NCBI GenBank assembly: GCA_963767735.1
Contig: CAVYES010000007.1
Coordinates: 32,001-96,000, forward strand
Source of the DNA: Candidatus Bathyarchaeota archaeon
GTDB taxonomy: Archaea; Thermoproteota; Bathyarchaeia; Bathyarchaeales; Bathycorpusculaceae
DNA: 64,000 nucleotides
Direction of reading: 5' to 3'
The translations under genes were made by a program, and so were the position numbers. The notes under the pieces are model-generated. The model made no database searches. It saw only the letters and a program-made list of their open reading frames with translations, and had not been told where the DNA came from. Of this stretch, positions 1 to 10,222 are shown one piece after another (the stretch's first letter is position 1; the number at the start of each line of letters is the position of its first letter).

Positions 1-556
1 CTGCTGTCATCTACTGTGGAATCTTCATCATGAAAGCTCACTTGAAGTGCCTAAAATAAGTGGAGAATTAATGGCATTCAAAACTAGAATTGTACGCGAA
101 TTACCGCCCGCGATTATAAATGATGATGCTTACATTCAGACACTGGGCGAGATGAAAAAACGTAGAATAGCATATTGCCCCGAAGCAGAGGTACTTCTAA
201 AAGGTCCTTCAACTGCAAAAGATTTTATCGCCCAGAGAAGAAGAGTATTCGTCGGGCACAAACAACTCGAGTTGTTAGTTGGTAGAAAGATTTCAACAAT
301 GAAGGCACCTAAATGGAAAGATATCTTGAAAGCATGCCCTTTTAAGGGCGTCAAAGGGAGAACTTATGCCTTGGGTTTTCTTTTTCTTCAAGGGATAGCA
401 TTTCTATTAGCGAAATGGGACTTCGCCAGGCGTAATTTGCCTATCAAGTGGAGGATGGTCGAAACAACGAAGAACCTTCAGAGGGAAGCTGAAGCTATAT
501 TGCTTTCTAAAATGGAACCACTTGCAATTAGACAGAAAACTGAAAAAGCAAATTAG
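1..556 (+). CDS. Glycosyltransferase family 2, C-terminal part (5'-truncated by the window)
   Basis: ISGELMAF...INDDAYI...QRRRV motifs match the (E/D)D and QxxRW-like motifs of cellulose-synthase-like GT2s. Confidence 0.75.
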   Translation, partial: CCHLLWNLHHESSLEVPKISGELMAFKTRIVRELPPAIINDDAYIQTLGEMKKRRIAYCPEAEVLLKGPSTAKDFIAQRRRVFVGHKQLELLVGRKISTMKAPKWKDILKACPFKGVKGRTYALGFLFLQGIAFLLAKWDFARRNLPIKWRMVETTKNLQREAEAILLSKMEPLAIRQKTEKAN

Positions 557-575
557 CTTTTGAAAGTGGAGAACT

Positions 576-1703
576 ATGATTGAAACTGCTCTTGAGTTGG
601 CCCCGAGAATTGTACATTATAAGTCATCTCGACTTCTTGGTTTCAAACCCTCCTTGCCTATTAGCTTGACAGTAAGTGTTACGAATCAATGCAATTCAAG
701 ATGCAAGACATGCTCAATCTGGAGACATTACAGCAACCATCAAGAATTAAGTGCACGAGAGTTTAAGACTGAAGAATTCGAGAAAACTTTTCAGAAGTTT
801 GGAGGAAAAGTCTTCTGGGCCACACTTAGTGGCGGCGAGCCCTTCGTGAGACGAGATTTATCTCAAATATTTGAGGCGCTATGTGAACAATGCCATCCAG
901 CCGTTGTGAACATTCCATCGAACGGCTTGCTTCCTTCAACGATTGAAAGTCAAGTTAGAAAAATGCTTGAAAAGAGTTTCGATACGAATCTCACTCTGAA
1001 TCTCTCTCTTGATGGAGTAGGAGAAAAACATGAGAAAATACGAGGTGTTCCCGGAAACTTTGGGAAAGTGATAGACACATATGAACGAGTAAGGGGCCTC
1101 AAAGAGGAGTTTCCTCGTTTCCAAGTTGGAATACACACAGTTATTTCAAAGCACAACATTAACGACGCAGTCGATGTGTATAAGTTTGCTAAAAGTCTTG
1201 GTCCAGACTCTTATATTACCGAGGTTGCTGAGCACAGAACTGAGCTCTTTAACTTGGCCGATGACATTACTCCAGATGCGGAGTCCTACGAGAAGTTTGC
1301 TGACGAATTGTCTAAGCACATTCGCACTGACTATTTGCATTCGAAAAAGAACGTTTCAAAGTTGACTCAATGTTTTCGCCTCGAATATTACCGAGTTGCA
1401 GCTCAGGTACTTCGAGAAAACAGGCAAGTTATACCTTGTTACGCTGGGTATGCGTCATGTCAGATTACGCCGTTTGGAGATATTTGGCCTTGCTGTATCC
1501 TTGGATACGACAAGCCAATGGGGAATCTTCGTGAAGTCAATTATGAATTCAAGAAAATTTGGCACTCAAAAAAGGCTAATGAAATTAGAAAGTACATTAG
1601 GGGCAAGAACTGTGCGTGTCCCCTTGCAAATGCTCACTACACCAATTTTCTATGTAACTTTACGAGTCTTATTGAGGTATCCAAGAACCTAATGCCGTTT
1701 TAA
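576..1703 (+). CDS. Radical SAM protein with SPASM/twitch domain
   Basis: CNSRCKTC (CxxxCxxC), SGGEP, SLDG..HEKIRG, C-terminal CYAG..C..GDIWPCC. Confidence 0.9.
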   Translation: MIETALELAPRIVHYKSSRLLGFKPSLPISLTVSVTNQCNSRCKTCSIWRHYSNHQELSAREFKTEEFEKTFQKFGGKVFWATLSGGEPFVRRDLSQIFEALCEQCHPAVVNIPSNGLLPSTIESQVRKMLEKSFDTNLTLNLSLDGVGEKHEKIRGVPGNFGKVIDTYERVRGLKEEFPRFQVGIHTVISKHNINDAVDVYKFAKSLGPDSYITEVAEHRTELFNLADDITPDAESYEKFADELSKHIRTDYLHSKKNVSKLTQCFRLEYYRVAAQVLRENRQVIPCYAGYASCQITPFGDIWPCCILGYDKPMGNLREVNYEFKKIWHSKKANEIRKYIRGKNCACPLANAHYTNFLCNFTSLIEVSKNLMPF

Positions 1704-1734
1704 GAATTTAAATAAGATTTTAGAGGTGTACTAT

Positions 1735-2499
1735 TTATCCTAAGTTGGTGCATATTGCGTTCGCTCCAACGGTTATACCTCGTTGATCTTGGCAAAGCAT
1801 AGAGACAAGAAGAGGGTCGCTTAACTGATCTGTTTGAGTCGTAAATGATATTGCGTATGTTCCATTGCCAAAACCTGTTATGCTCGGCGAATCTACCTTT
1901 ACCCAACCATCAGTTGCATTCTCAAAGCAAAAAGTGAAGTTTTGCGCTAAAGCGGGTTTGCCCTCGTTGAGTATGTTGACTGTTAAGTTTACTTGCGTGT
2001 AGTTGCTGTAAAGTTGCAAATAACCGCTCAAAACGGCCTCTGTAGTTACGTTTACATCATATACCAAATTAGAATATGTTGAAGAGCTTGAAGAGTCAAA
2101 GACAAAACTGACAAAAGCACTTGAGACCCCTTGGCCGTCAGCACCCCAAGAGATCCAGACGCCGTTTTGGTAGGGGGCTGCGTTTAGCGGAGTATAATTC
2201 ATTTGGAGCATGGCTTGGTATGAGTCGTTAGTGATTGCCGCATTCAATATGTTTAAGTCACCGGTCAAAACGGCTGAGTCGCCACCGTTAGTGATGTTTG
2301 CCAGTGCACTAGTCAGAGTATTTCTTGTGCTTTGCTGATATGCTGGGAAAACGTTGTTTTCTCCGGTGTCAACAGTCGGCACCGCTTTTTCGGTTTCAAA
2401 GACACAGATGGCGGTGGAGAGTAAAAGCGACGCTACCAGTAAAGCTGTAATTATAATCACTTGGCCTGAATTGTTGCGTTTTAAGCTGCGCCTTTTCAT
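1735..2499 (-). CDS. Pilin-like protein of the type IV pilus locus
   Basis: Class III signal MKRRSLKRNNSG|QVIIITALLVASLLL; last gene of the pilus operon. Confidence 0.7.
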   Translation of the reverse strand: MKRRSLKRNNSGQVIIITALLVASLLLSTAICVFETEKAVPTVDTGENNVFPAYQQSTRNTLTSALANITNGGDSAVLTGDLNILNAAITNDSYQAMLQMNYTPLNAAPYQNGVWISWGADGQGVSSAFVSFVFDSSSSSTYSNLVYDVNVTTEAVLSGYLQLYSNYTQVNLTVNILNEGKPALAQNFTFCFENATDGWVKVDSPSITGFGNGTYAISFTTQTDQLSDPLLVSMLCQDQRGITVGANAICTNLG

Positions 2500-2924
2500 G
2501 TTAATCCTTCCTCGGATAGTTGCAGCCTAAGGATGTAGAGTGTATATGTGCTGTTTGGGCTTGCGCAAACGTAATCCACTGAAACGATTTTGTCACTCAC
2601 TGCGCCTGCGTTGCAAATTGGATAAGGATTAATGACATGCATATTCTGGTCGAAAACTGTTAAGTTAAACCACATTGTAAGCGGAAGAGCGGACTCCACG
2701 CAATCTTTAAGCGCTGCCCAATTTTGATTCTCAACTAAGGTTGCTAAGTGCCCGTTGCTGTCTAAGCTTAACAGAACGTTTTGAGCTGTTGAAATAAGAT
2801 TTCCCTTGGAATCCGTCGCGCTTGATGATGATGGAATAAGAGCTAAGCATGCCATCAGAAGGATTGTAGCGAAAATCGCTTCTATTATGCGCACTTGCCC
2901 TCTCTTGTCTTTTAGCAGTCTCAG
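2496..2924 (-). CDS. Minor pilin-like protein (probable CTG start at 2924, upstream of the ORF-track start)
   Basis: The frame extends upstream to LRLLKDKRG|QVRIIEAIFATILL, a class III signal; the CTG overlaps the upstream TGA. Confidence 0.7.
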   Translation of the reverse strand: MRLLKDKRGQVRIIEAIFATILLMACLALIPSSSSATDSKGNLISTAQNVLLSLDSNGHLATLVENQNWAALKDCVESALPLTMWFNLTVFDQNMHVINPYPICNAGAVSDKIVSVDYVCASPNSTYTLYILRLQLSEEGLT

Positions 2925-3967
2925 GAAATCACATCTCCAAAACTTACATCAACCTTATAGAGCACACCGTTTATTGTCACGATGTAGCTGAAGACGTTTT
3001 GCTCTGAATCCTCAAAGCTTGAACCTGCTTTCAATGGAACTTGAGGATAAGAGGTCCATTCTTGAAAATAAGTGCCCTTACTGACACCGCAGAGAACCAT
3101 GACGAAGGGGCTTTGGTCAATTATCCTAGGAATCGCATATTGAGTTGCGTTCTGTATGGGAGTGAGATTTTGTTGATATGTGTAGGAGAAGATGTAGCTG
3201 TTTTGGATTGTTAAGTCAGTTGAATTTGTAGTGTAGCTTAACGTGTAATTAAGCGGGGTTAATGTTAAAATGTCGTTGCTCGGGGCTGATTCCTGGGTTG
3301 AATTTTGGAAGTTATAGATTGCGTATGAAGTTATTCTGCCGTCGAAAGATGCTCTTGCGAACATAATAAGCATAGCACCGTTAGTTGATGCGCTTGGGAC
3401 TTGAACAGTAACGTAACCAACTCCAATGCCTGAAGTACTTTCGGTTACGTTGCTCAGATAGTTGTCCGCTAAAACATAGCAGTTTAGGCTTGCGCTTGTG
3501 GGTTCGGAATCAATGCTTGTTAAAATCGCAAAGTTAAAAGATTCATTGTTGCCTGTTGTGATGTTGCTTGTTTGTTCCATGTTTATGGACATAACTTGAG
3601 AAACCGTTATGCCTAAAGCTACATTGTTTAGTTTAGCGGCGTTTTCCATGTCAAAGTAGGACAACGAGTAACTGTTTAGGTTGTTTAATCGAGTGATTTT
3701 ATCCATGTCGAGTTCATAGGGAGTTGTGGAAGAAGAGGCGGCTAACCCGAAGTCGAAGGGAACACTGCTGCTTGTTCCCCAGTTAACGGGGGTTCCAGGA
3801 GTTGTTATGATGTCGTCGGCTATGGCTTGCAGGTAACTATCTTTGTTGATGTTTTGTGTGTCATTTATGCTGGTTTGCATTGTGGAGCATAGGAAAGCGG
3901 TTGCTATCAAAGCAACGGTCACAATTATTGTGCATGCAAAGAAAGTGTCGATGGATGTTGATGGCAA
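2921..3967 (-). CDS. Pilus-associated membrane-anchored protein
   Basis: N-terminal hydrophobic helix (SIDTFFACTIIVTVALI), PGTPVNWG motif, S/T/N-rich; in the pilus operon. Confidence 0.65.
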   Translation of the reverse strand: MPSTSIDTFFACTIIVTVALIATAFLCSTMQTSINDTQNINKDSYLQAIADDIITTPGTPVNWGTSSSVPFDFGLAASSSTTPYELDMDKITRLNNLNSYSLSYFDMENAAKLNNVALGITVSQVMSINMEQTSNITTGNNESFNFAILTSIDSEPTSASLNCYVLADNYLSNVTESTSGIGVGYVTVQVPSASTNGAMLIMFARASFDGRITSYAIYNFQNSTQESAPSNDILTLTPLNYTLSYTTNSTDLTIQNSYIFSYTYQQNLTPIQNATQYAIPRIIDQSPFVMVLCGVSKGTYFQEWTSYPQVPLKAGSSFEDSEQNVFSYIVTINGVLYKVDVSFGDVIS

Positions 3968-3982
3968 CGCATGTTTCTCCTT

Positions 3983-5512
3983 TTAGCTGCCGGTTAGTCC
4001 CCCGGTTAGTCCTCCAAAAAGGTGTGAAAGAACAATTTGGGAAACAACTAAAGACACGTATGCAGTTGTTGCCAACAATGCTGCATGTTTAAATCCGGCG
4101 CCCAAGTTACCTTCGCTGATTTTTCCGATGAAGAACCCTGAGACCCAGCATTGAATGATAATGCCTACAGAGAACATGTTGAGCTGGCCTGACATGGGTA
4201 CTGCAGCGACAGAGCCGAGATTTGTGCTGTTTACAGTTGTCATCATGCTGGTGGTTAAACTGGTAGTTATGCCCACTATGGTAGTTGTGACAGCTATTAA
4301 TCCGCTCCACATGAAAGCGAGAAGTATGTAAGGCTTCAAAAGTTCACGTCGATTCACTTGCAATTCGCGTTCTTTTTCACTGTATTCTGAAAGTATCTCT
4401 AGCGATTGGGTTGAGTTGCCGCCGATTTCAATGGTTTCCACCATCATGGAAAAGTTAATTGTGACAAACCAACTTCGAATTTCCTTACGTATGTTATCAA
4501 AAGTTTTTCTTAACGGTATGCCCCATTCAATTTGGCTACGCATTAAATCTAGAAATTTTGAGAAGGGGCCGTAATCTTTGCGTTTCGTCGCTTGGATTAT
4601 GCTTTTTTCTGGGGAAAGCCCTGTTTTCTGTGATTCTGTAATGTCTCTTATGAAGCTGGGAAGTGATTCTTCCGCGTTGTAGTTGATTTTTGCGATCTTC
4701 CGATATTGAAGTGCAATCGGCAATGAAGCAGCAACTAAGCATATGGTAGCGATTGCAGGTAACCCCACAGGGCTCACGGCTTGTGAAAGTTGAGGAACAA
4801 TTGCAATGAGAGCTATTACGGCGAATGCTGGTGGTACGAAGAATAAGGCTTTTTTGTAAAGGTCGCTCAAGTCGGGGAAAGCGCTTTGCTGCAGGTTATG
4901 CGCCATCAAAATGAAGATGCACGACCCCACAGGCATAATGATAAACGCGATTAAGTAAGACAACATAGGTGAAGTGGATGCTGAACTGCTTACCAGCAGT
5001 GACATAACGTTTGATGATGATAAAACAACAAAAAGAATATACGAGCATAAAACAACAATCAGCATGACCGAGTAGGCTTCAACCAAAGCGGCGATTTTCT
5101 CAATTGATCGGTTCAGATTAATGTAACGCAACTCAAAGATTGCTTTCAACTGGCTTTTCATGTAATCAACCATTTTTCCGCCACTTCTAACTGAAGAAAC
5201 AAAGCCGCCTAGAAAATTTCTATAAAGCTTGGAGCCAGTGGCTTCTGCCCGCATCTGCATGACAGTTAAAGGGTCTTTGCCTAAAACTTCAACTTGGCGC
5301 ACGACTTCGTCTGCTTCTTTTTTGAATACTGGAAGGAATGTTAGCTTTCGCATTTTTTTCCAGCTCTCGTAGGGGGATATTCCACTTGCAGCCATAAGCG
5401 TGAAAATCATTACTGCAAACGGCAGTTCCCGATCGGTTTTCTCTTTTTCTTCACTAGTAGACTTAAATAGTGAACCGAAGATTTTGCCGAAAAAACCGCC
5501 AGAAGCACCCAT
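3983..5512 (-). CDS. Type IV pilus platform protein (TadC/FlaJ, T2SS-F family)
   Basis: Two T2SS-F repeats (ELPFAVMIFTLMAASG; LPSFIRDITESQKTG), multiple TM helices, next to the ATPase. Confidence 0.9.
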   Translation of the reverse strand: MGASGGFFGKIFGSLFKSTSEEKEKTDRELPFAVMIFTLMAASGISPYESWKKMRKLTFLPVFKKEADEVVRQVEVLGKDPLTVMQMRAEATGSKLYRNFLGGFVSSVRSGGKMVDYMKSQLKAIFELRYINLNRSIEKIAALVEAYSVMLIVVLCSYILFVVLSSSNVMSLLVSSSASTSPMLSYLIAFIIMPVGSCIFILMAHNLQQSAFPDLSDLYKKALFFVPPAFAVIALIAIVPQLSQAVSPVGLPAIATICLVAASLPIALQYRKIAKINYNAEESLPSFIRDITESQKTGLSPEKSIIQATKRKDYGPFSKFLDLMRSQIEWGIPLRKTFDNIRKEIRSWFVTINFSMMVETIEIGGNSTQSLEILSEYSEKERELQVNRRELLKPYILLAFMWSGLIAVTTTIVGITTSLTTSMMTTVNSTNLGSVAAVPMSGQLNMFSVGIIIQCWVSGFFIGKISEGNLGAGFKHAALLATTAYVSLVVSQIVLSHLFGGLTGGLTGS

Positions 5513-5516
5513 CTTA

Positions 5517-7094
5517 TTATTGCTCCTTTGTCTGTTCTTTAGCGGCTAAATCAGAGAGGATAAGTGAACTGTTTAATGCCTTGTGGACGCTTCTAAAGTC
5601 GCGAAGGTTTTGCTCAACCATTCTTAGCATAATTTGTTTTCTTCGCTCAAACTCCTGTTGAACAACGCTTAATGGAGCATCGAGGTTTTTGGCTATCTTA
5701 GATAGTAAATAGCTTTTGTCTAGGTTCTGTTGGAAAGTATCTGAAGACATGTTCCAATTAAACACTTCATGTGGAACACCATTGTTATCGATTTCATCGA
5801 CACTAACAAATTTTCTAGTGGATTTTTTTCGTTCTTGCGGGTTGATGCTTGAGGTGTTGACTTGCTTGACAACGATTACACAGTTCATAAGTGACAATAT
5901 GTTTTGCGGGATGTTCATGGGTGGCTGTGTTAGCCGTTTAATGACTGTTTCTACGTCGTCCGCGTGCATAGTGCATAATCCGCCGTGTCCGGTTGCTAAG
6001 GCTTGAAAGAGAACGTATGCTTCTTCTCCTCTGATTTCGCCCACAAGAATTAAGGCGGGTCTGTGCCTAACGGCTGATTTAATTAAGTCGTAGAGTGTGA
6101 CTTCGCCTTCGCTGTCTCCTCCGAATCCTGTTCGCGCAATAGTTGATACCCAGTTTTCCTGAGGCAAGTTAATTTCTTGAACTTCCTCAATCGAAATCAT
6201 CTTAAAGTCTGGTCGCACCAAACATGCAATCGCGTTTAGGGCTGTTGTTTTTCCTGCGCCTGTTGGGCCCACAATCATGACTGACATTTTGTTTTCCATT
6301 AGCATCCAAAGGTACGCTGCGATTGACTCGTCGATTGTTTCGTTGATTATTAGGTCAACGATGGTTAATGGATCTTCTTTGAACTTTCGTATGGTGAAGC
6401 TTGTTCCGGCTGGGGTTGTTTCTTTTCCGAAGGATATTGCAAGTCTGTGCTTTCCTGGAAGGGTTAAGTCTACTATTGGGTGAGCTATGCTTACGTGTTT
6501 GCCTTGTCTGTGCACTATTCTTGTCATGAAATCGTCTAATTCTTCTTCATCAGTGAAAATAATGTTGGTTCGTGCGTTAGCGTATTTTCTATGATAAATG
6601 AAAACGGACTTGTTTAGGCCTAAACAGCTTATATCTTCTATTAACGGATCGTTTATGAGCCCTTCGATTTTTCCGTAACCTATCAAGTCTTTTTCAATGT
6701 AGTAACTGATTTTTCTTAGACCCACTTGGCTGATTCCTTCGAGAGCTTTCAGGTGCTCTTCCAATATGGTTGGAAGTTGTCTGTGGAACGAGTCAACAAG
6801 CGTTTCATCTATTCTTGGAGCTTTAAGCTCATATTCAAGAATGCTTTTTAGGCGTTTGTAAGATTCTCTTTCTTCTCTGGACATGGGAAGTTCATCAACA
6901 ACATAGAAGAAGCTTCCTTCAGAGTCATCTTGGAATATCCAAGCGTAAGAGAACGGGGGATTGAGGGGGTAACTTTCGACTTGCGTGTAACCTTCGGGCA
7001 CCTGATAGCCCTGAATGCCTAAGTAAGCTATCATTTCCTCGTCTGAGGTTTTTTCTTTTTCTTGGACTTCTTGTTTCTTTTTGCCTAAGTTCAA
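5517..7094 (-). CDS. Type II/IV secretion ATPase (FlaI/TadA/VirB11 family)
   Basis: GPTGAGKTT Walker A, RHRPALILVGEIRG Walker B, TGHGGLCTMHA His box. Confidence 0.95.
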   Translation of the reverse strand: MNLGKKKQEVQEKEKTSDEEMIAYLGIQGYQVPEGYTQVESYPLNPPFSYAWIFQDDSEGSFFYVVDELPMSREERESYKRLKSILEYELKAPRIDETLVDSFHRQLPTILEEHLKALEGISQVGLRKISYYIEKDLIGYGKIEGLINDPLIEDISCLGLNKSVFIYHRKYANARTNIIFTDEEELDDFMTRIVHRQGKHVSIAHPIVDLTLPGKHRLAISFGKETTPAGTSFTIRKFKEDPLTIVDLIINETIDESIAAYLWMLMENKMSVMIVGPTGAGKTTALNAIACLVRPDFKMISIEEVQEINLPQENWVSTIARTGFGGDSEGEVTLYDLIKSAVRHRPALILVGEIRGEEAYVLFQALATGHGGLCTMHADDVETVIKRLTQPPMNIPQNILSLMNCVIVVKQVNTSSINPQERKKSTRKFVSVDEIDNNGVPHEVFNWNMSSDTFQQNLDKSYLLSKIAKNLDAPLSVVQQEFERRKQIMLRMVEQNLRDFRSVHKALNSSLILSDLAAKEQTKEQ

Positions 7095-7100
7095 TTTTCA

Positions 7101-7541
7101 TCACTCACTAGTTAATGTTAAAGTAACAATCTGGTGCTCGATGTAACATTGAAGAACAGGCCTTCCCCAGCCGCTTATGAAAGTCCCTGACGCGTTAATT
7201 TCGGCGGGTATGTATATTTGTGGTTGATTTTGGACGGTGGCTCCGAAACCAGATTCAACCCATGCACTTGATGAGTCGTTTGCTATGGATATTGAGTATT
7301 CGTGGTTTCCGATTTGTGAAGGAAGATCAAGAAACATGGTAGCGTTTTGGCTGTCTTCGGTTACATGAGTAACAAGAGTAAGGCTTTGTGCGGCTACATA
7401 TTCATCCACATTGGTTAACTGTTGGTGTTCAGCTTCATTTTTTACGTTCAGCATTGAAAGGCTGCAGCTTGAAACTATGATTGTGCCAACGATAAGGGCA
7501 GCAAAAATCGAGTACACGTAGCTTGGAATTATCGTGACCAT
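7101..7541 (-). CDS. Small pilin-like protein
   Basis: N-terminal hydrophobic helix followed by a beta-rich LDLPSQIG..YSI segment; in the pilus operon. Confidence 0.6.
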   Translation of the reverse strand: MVTIIPSYVYSIFAALIVGTIIVSSCSLSMLNVKNEAEHQQLTNVDEYVAAQSLTLVTHVTEDSQNATMFLDLPSQIGNHEYSISIANDSSSAWVESGFGATVQNQPQIYIPAEINASGTFISGWGRPVLQCYIEHQIVTLTLTSE

Positions 7542-7544
7542 GGT

Positions 7545-8384
7545 TTATTGGATCCACCTCTGGATTGATATGTTAGAGATGACGGTTTCAATGTAGATTA
7601 TTGCGCCTTCAGGTGTGCTTGAAATCGGAACGGAAACGCTTCCGTCGGCGCCATTCAGCTGCGAAGTTATCGTCAAGTTTTCAGGTTGGTTGGTAACTAT
7701 GGGAGGTTCAGTTGTTAATTGTGTGTTTGTGCAGGAGATTTGTAAGGGAAGTTCGCCGCCTAATGATATCGGGTCTGAAGAGTTCAGATTGACAATGTAG
7801 ATGCGAATATCGTTGATGGCTTTACCATTTTCATATCCGGCAGATGCATACGTTAGTGATGGTCGATACTGGAGCTGGATTTCGGGTCCCTGAAGACCAT
7901 CTGTTATGTAAAGCTGACTTGGTGACGCGCCGCTTTGGTTGGTTATTGTTTGGCTATCTCCTTCCAGGTAAAACCCTGTGTCAATTGAGCCCGAACATGG
8001 AAGTTCATAGGTGGCTTGACCTACTGACGAGTGAAAGATAGTTTCATCGATGCCAGAGCCGCCAGCGACGTTGAGGGTTAGGAGGTTGCTGGTTGGTTGA
8101 ATGTTTGTTGTTCCGCCTGAATCGCTCAGAATAATAGTGCTTGAGGAGCCGGGCTGCCCTAAAGTTGAAAGAATATCATTGTCCAACGATATGAAGTCTT
8201 GCTGTGCTGTGGAAACTTTGAGAGCTTCGCTTTGAGTGTTTATGTTTCCAACTGCAAAGTAATAAGTAACTGTTATGAGGGCTAACGTTGACACAAGAAG
8301 TATAAGGAAGGTAACTGGCAATGCTAATGCACGTTTAGATCGAACAAACCTTCTGAAGAGTTTACTGTGCAAGATTACCGCCAA
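7545..8384 (-). CDS. Minor pilin-like protein
   Basis: RRFVRSKRA|LALPVTFLILLV class III signal. Confidence 0.7.
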   Translation of the reverse strand: MAVILHSKLFRRFVRSKRALALPVTFLILLVSTLALITVTYYFAVGNINTQSEALKVSTAQQDFISLDNDILSTLGQPGSSSTIILSDSGGTTNIQPTSNLLTLNVAGGSGIDETIFHSSVGQATYELPCSGSIDTGFYLEGDSQTITNQSGASPSQLYITDGLQGPEIQLQYRPSLTYASAGYENGKAINDIRIYIVNLNSSDPISLGGELPLQISCTNTQLTTEPPIVTNQPENLTITSQLNGADGSVSVPISSTPEGAIIYIETVISNISIQRWIQ

Positions 8385-8575
8385 TTACATCCTCTCGTAA
8401 ATGTGCATTTACTAAAGGAAAGCTCCCAGAAGCGATTATACCATTTGTGTGTATGAACAATTCACATATTATTTCAAAATGCCACTGGAGAATGTATAGA
8501 CAAAATAATTCGTTTGTAAAAATTAATATTTTAAAAAGAAAAGAAGAGGGGAAGGGGGATACCTTTTTGCTTTTT

Positions 8576-9127
8576 TTAAGATAAACCTGTTGATGATGCT
8601 TGAACGTTTGTTTCTTGGTAGTATGCTGCTTGGGCTGTGAAGACTGTGAAAGCTATGGTTGTGCCGATGTCTGCTGTGGAAACACTACCTGGACTAACGA
8701 TGTAAACACTGATAGAGTTGCCGGAAGATAGCACTATGGGGCCTGTGGTTGCTTTGTATGGTGTGGTGCCTGATAGCAAGGCTGCTGCTCCTACAACTGT
8801 TAAGTCTGTTCCAGGTGTCGCTGATGCAGTATATGCTTTATCTGTTGGGAAGACTGGTTGTCCACGCACTTCAATCTGGCTAATTACAACGTCGCGTCCG
8901 CCAGTATTAGTTATCATAAGCGCACCCACGGCATTACCGCTTGCGTCACACCAAATATGAGCATAATTAACGGTGAGACTTTCCTGTTGAACCCTAGTGC
9001 TAACAACGTTAATAGCAAAGTAAGTAACGACGCCTGCGAGAAGCACTGCAACCACTAGAATAATCAGCGTAGTTATGACTGTACTGAGAGCCAAACGATT
9101 CTTCATCAATTTATGCATATTTATCAT
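8576..9127 (-). CDS. Archaeal type IV pilin (paralog 1)
   Basis: MKNRLA|LSTVITTLIILVVAVLLAGVV signal and hydrophobic helix; ITNTGGRDVVI motif. Confidence 0.85.
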   Translation of the reverse strand: MINMHKLMKNRLALSTVITTLIILVVAVLLAGVVTYFAINVVSTRVQQESLTVNYAHIWCDASGNAVGALMITNTGGRDVVISQIEVRGQPVFPTDKAYTASATPGTDLTVVGAAALLSGTTPYKATTGPIVLSSGNSISVYIVSPGSVSTADIGTTIAFTVFTAQAAYYQETNVQASSTGLS

Positions 9128-9302
9128 TTTATTTTAAACTCCGTTGAAAAACTCTTACGCATTTTCTGGATAAGTAAACTTGTGCGTAAAAAAAAATACA
9201 CAAAACAGCTAGTGGAAAGCCAAAAAAATTCCGTGCATGTTTGTGTGGAATGAAAAGAATAGAGAGAGGTAATATCCTCTCATAAGTTATTTGATTTTTG
9301 GC

Positions 9303-9902
9303 TTATGTACCGGTATATGCTTGAACGTTTGTTTCTTTGTAGTACATTGCTTGTGCTGTGAAGACTGTCAAGCCGACTGTTAGGCCGATGTCGTTGAGGC
9401 TGACGCTGCCTGGTGATAGGATGTAAACGACCATCGTGTCACCGGAAGGCAACACTAAGTCACCTGGAGATGCGGCTAGTGGGTTGGCAAAGGTTCCTAC
9501 GGTTTTAGTGGCAAGTGTTGGGCCAGTGAGGGTGTCCGTGTATGCTAAGCCTTGGTTTAGGTTGTCAGGTGTTTGACCTGTGGTAACGGCTTCGAGGAAG
9601 AATACGCTTGCGCATGGTTGTCCAAGTACTTGAATCTGGCTTATGACTACGTCGCGTCCGCCAGTGTTGGTTATCATCATCGCAGCTTCAATTGGCCCAG
9701 TTGCTGCGGATGAAGGTACCCAAATGTGGACGTTTGAAACCGAGAGACTTTCCTGTTGTACCCTTGTACTTACGACGTTTATGGCGAAGTAAGTTAAAAC
9801 ACCAGCAAGTAATATTGCCACTACGAGTATGATGAGGGTAGTTATTACAGTGGCTAACGCGTAACGGTTTTTTAATAGCCGGTTTATTGTTAATCGGGGC
9901 AT
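9303..9902 (-). CDS. Archaeal type IV pilin (paralog 2)
   Basis: LKNRYA|LATVITTLIILVVAILLAGV; shares long blocks with 8576..9127. Confidence 0.85.
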   Translation of the reverse strand: MPRLTINRLLKNRYALATVITTLIILVVAILLAGVLTYFAINVVSTRVQQESLSVSNVHIWVPSSAATGPIEAAMMITNTGGRDVVISQIQVLGQPCASVFFLEAVTTGQTPDNLNQGLAYTDTLTGPTLATKTVGTFANPLAASPGDLVLPSGDTMVVYILSPGSVSLNDIGLTVGLTVFTAQAMYYKETNVQAYTGT

Positions 9903-10222
9903 TGCTTATTTTTCACCTGTAGCAAAAAGAACAGACAATTCATTATAAATATCTTCCGTAGCAAGACTCAATATACACCATCATTATTGAAAAAACGAGA
10001 AAACCAACTCAGCACAAAAACAATAACACCCATAATATAGGGGCAAAATTTTAACCGAGTTTCTACCGAACTTCACTGATTTAAAAAACGTCCACGAATT
10101 CAGCCTTGAAACAAAAGCGTTTTTCGAACCCTAAATCCTGTTTTGAAAATATAGATTCAGCCTTCATAACCGATATGGTCTAGCACCCGTAAATACCATA
10201 ACGTTCGCAAGCTGATTTAGCC

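Noticed and set aside
1735-9902. Archaellum operon
   Set aside because: No FlaH, FlaF/G or archaellin signatures; the pilin N-termini are generic type IV
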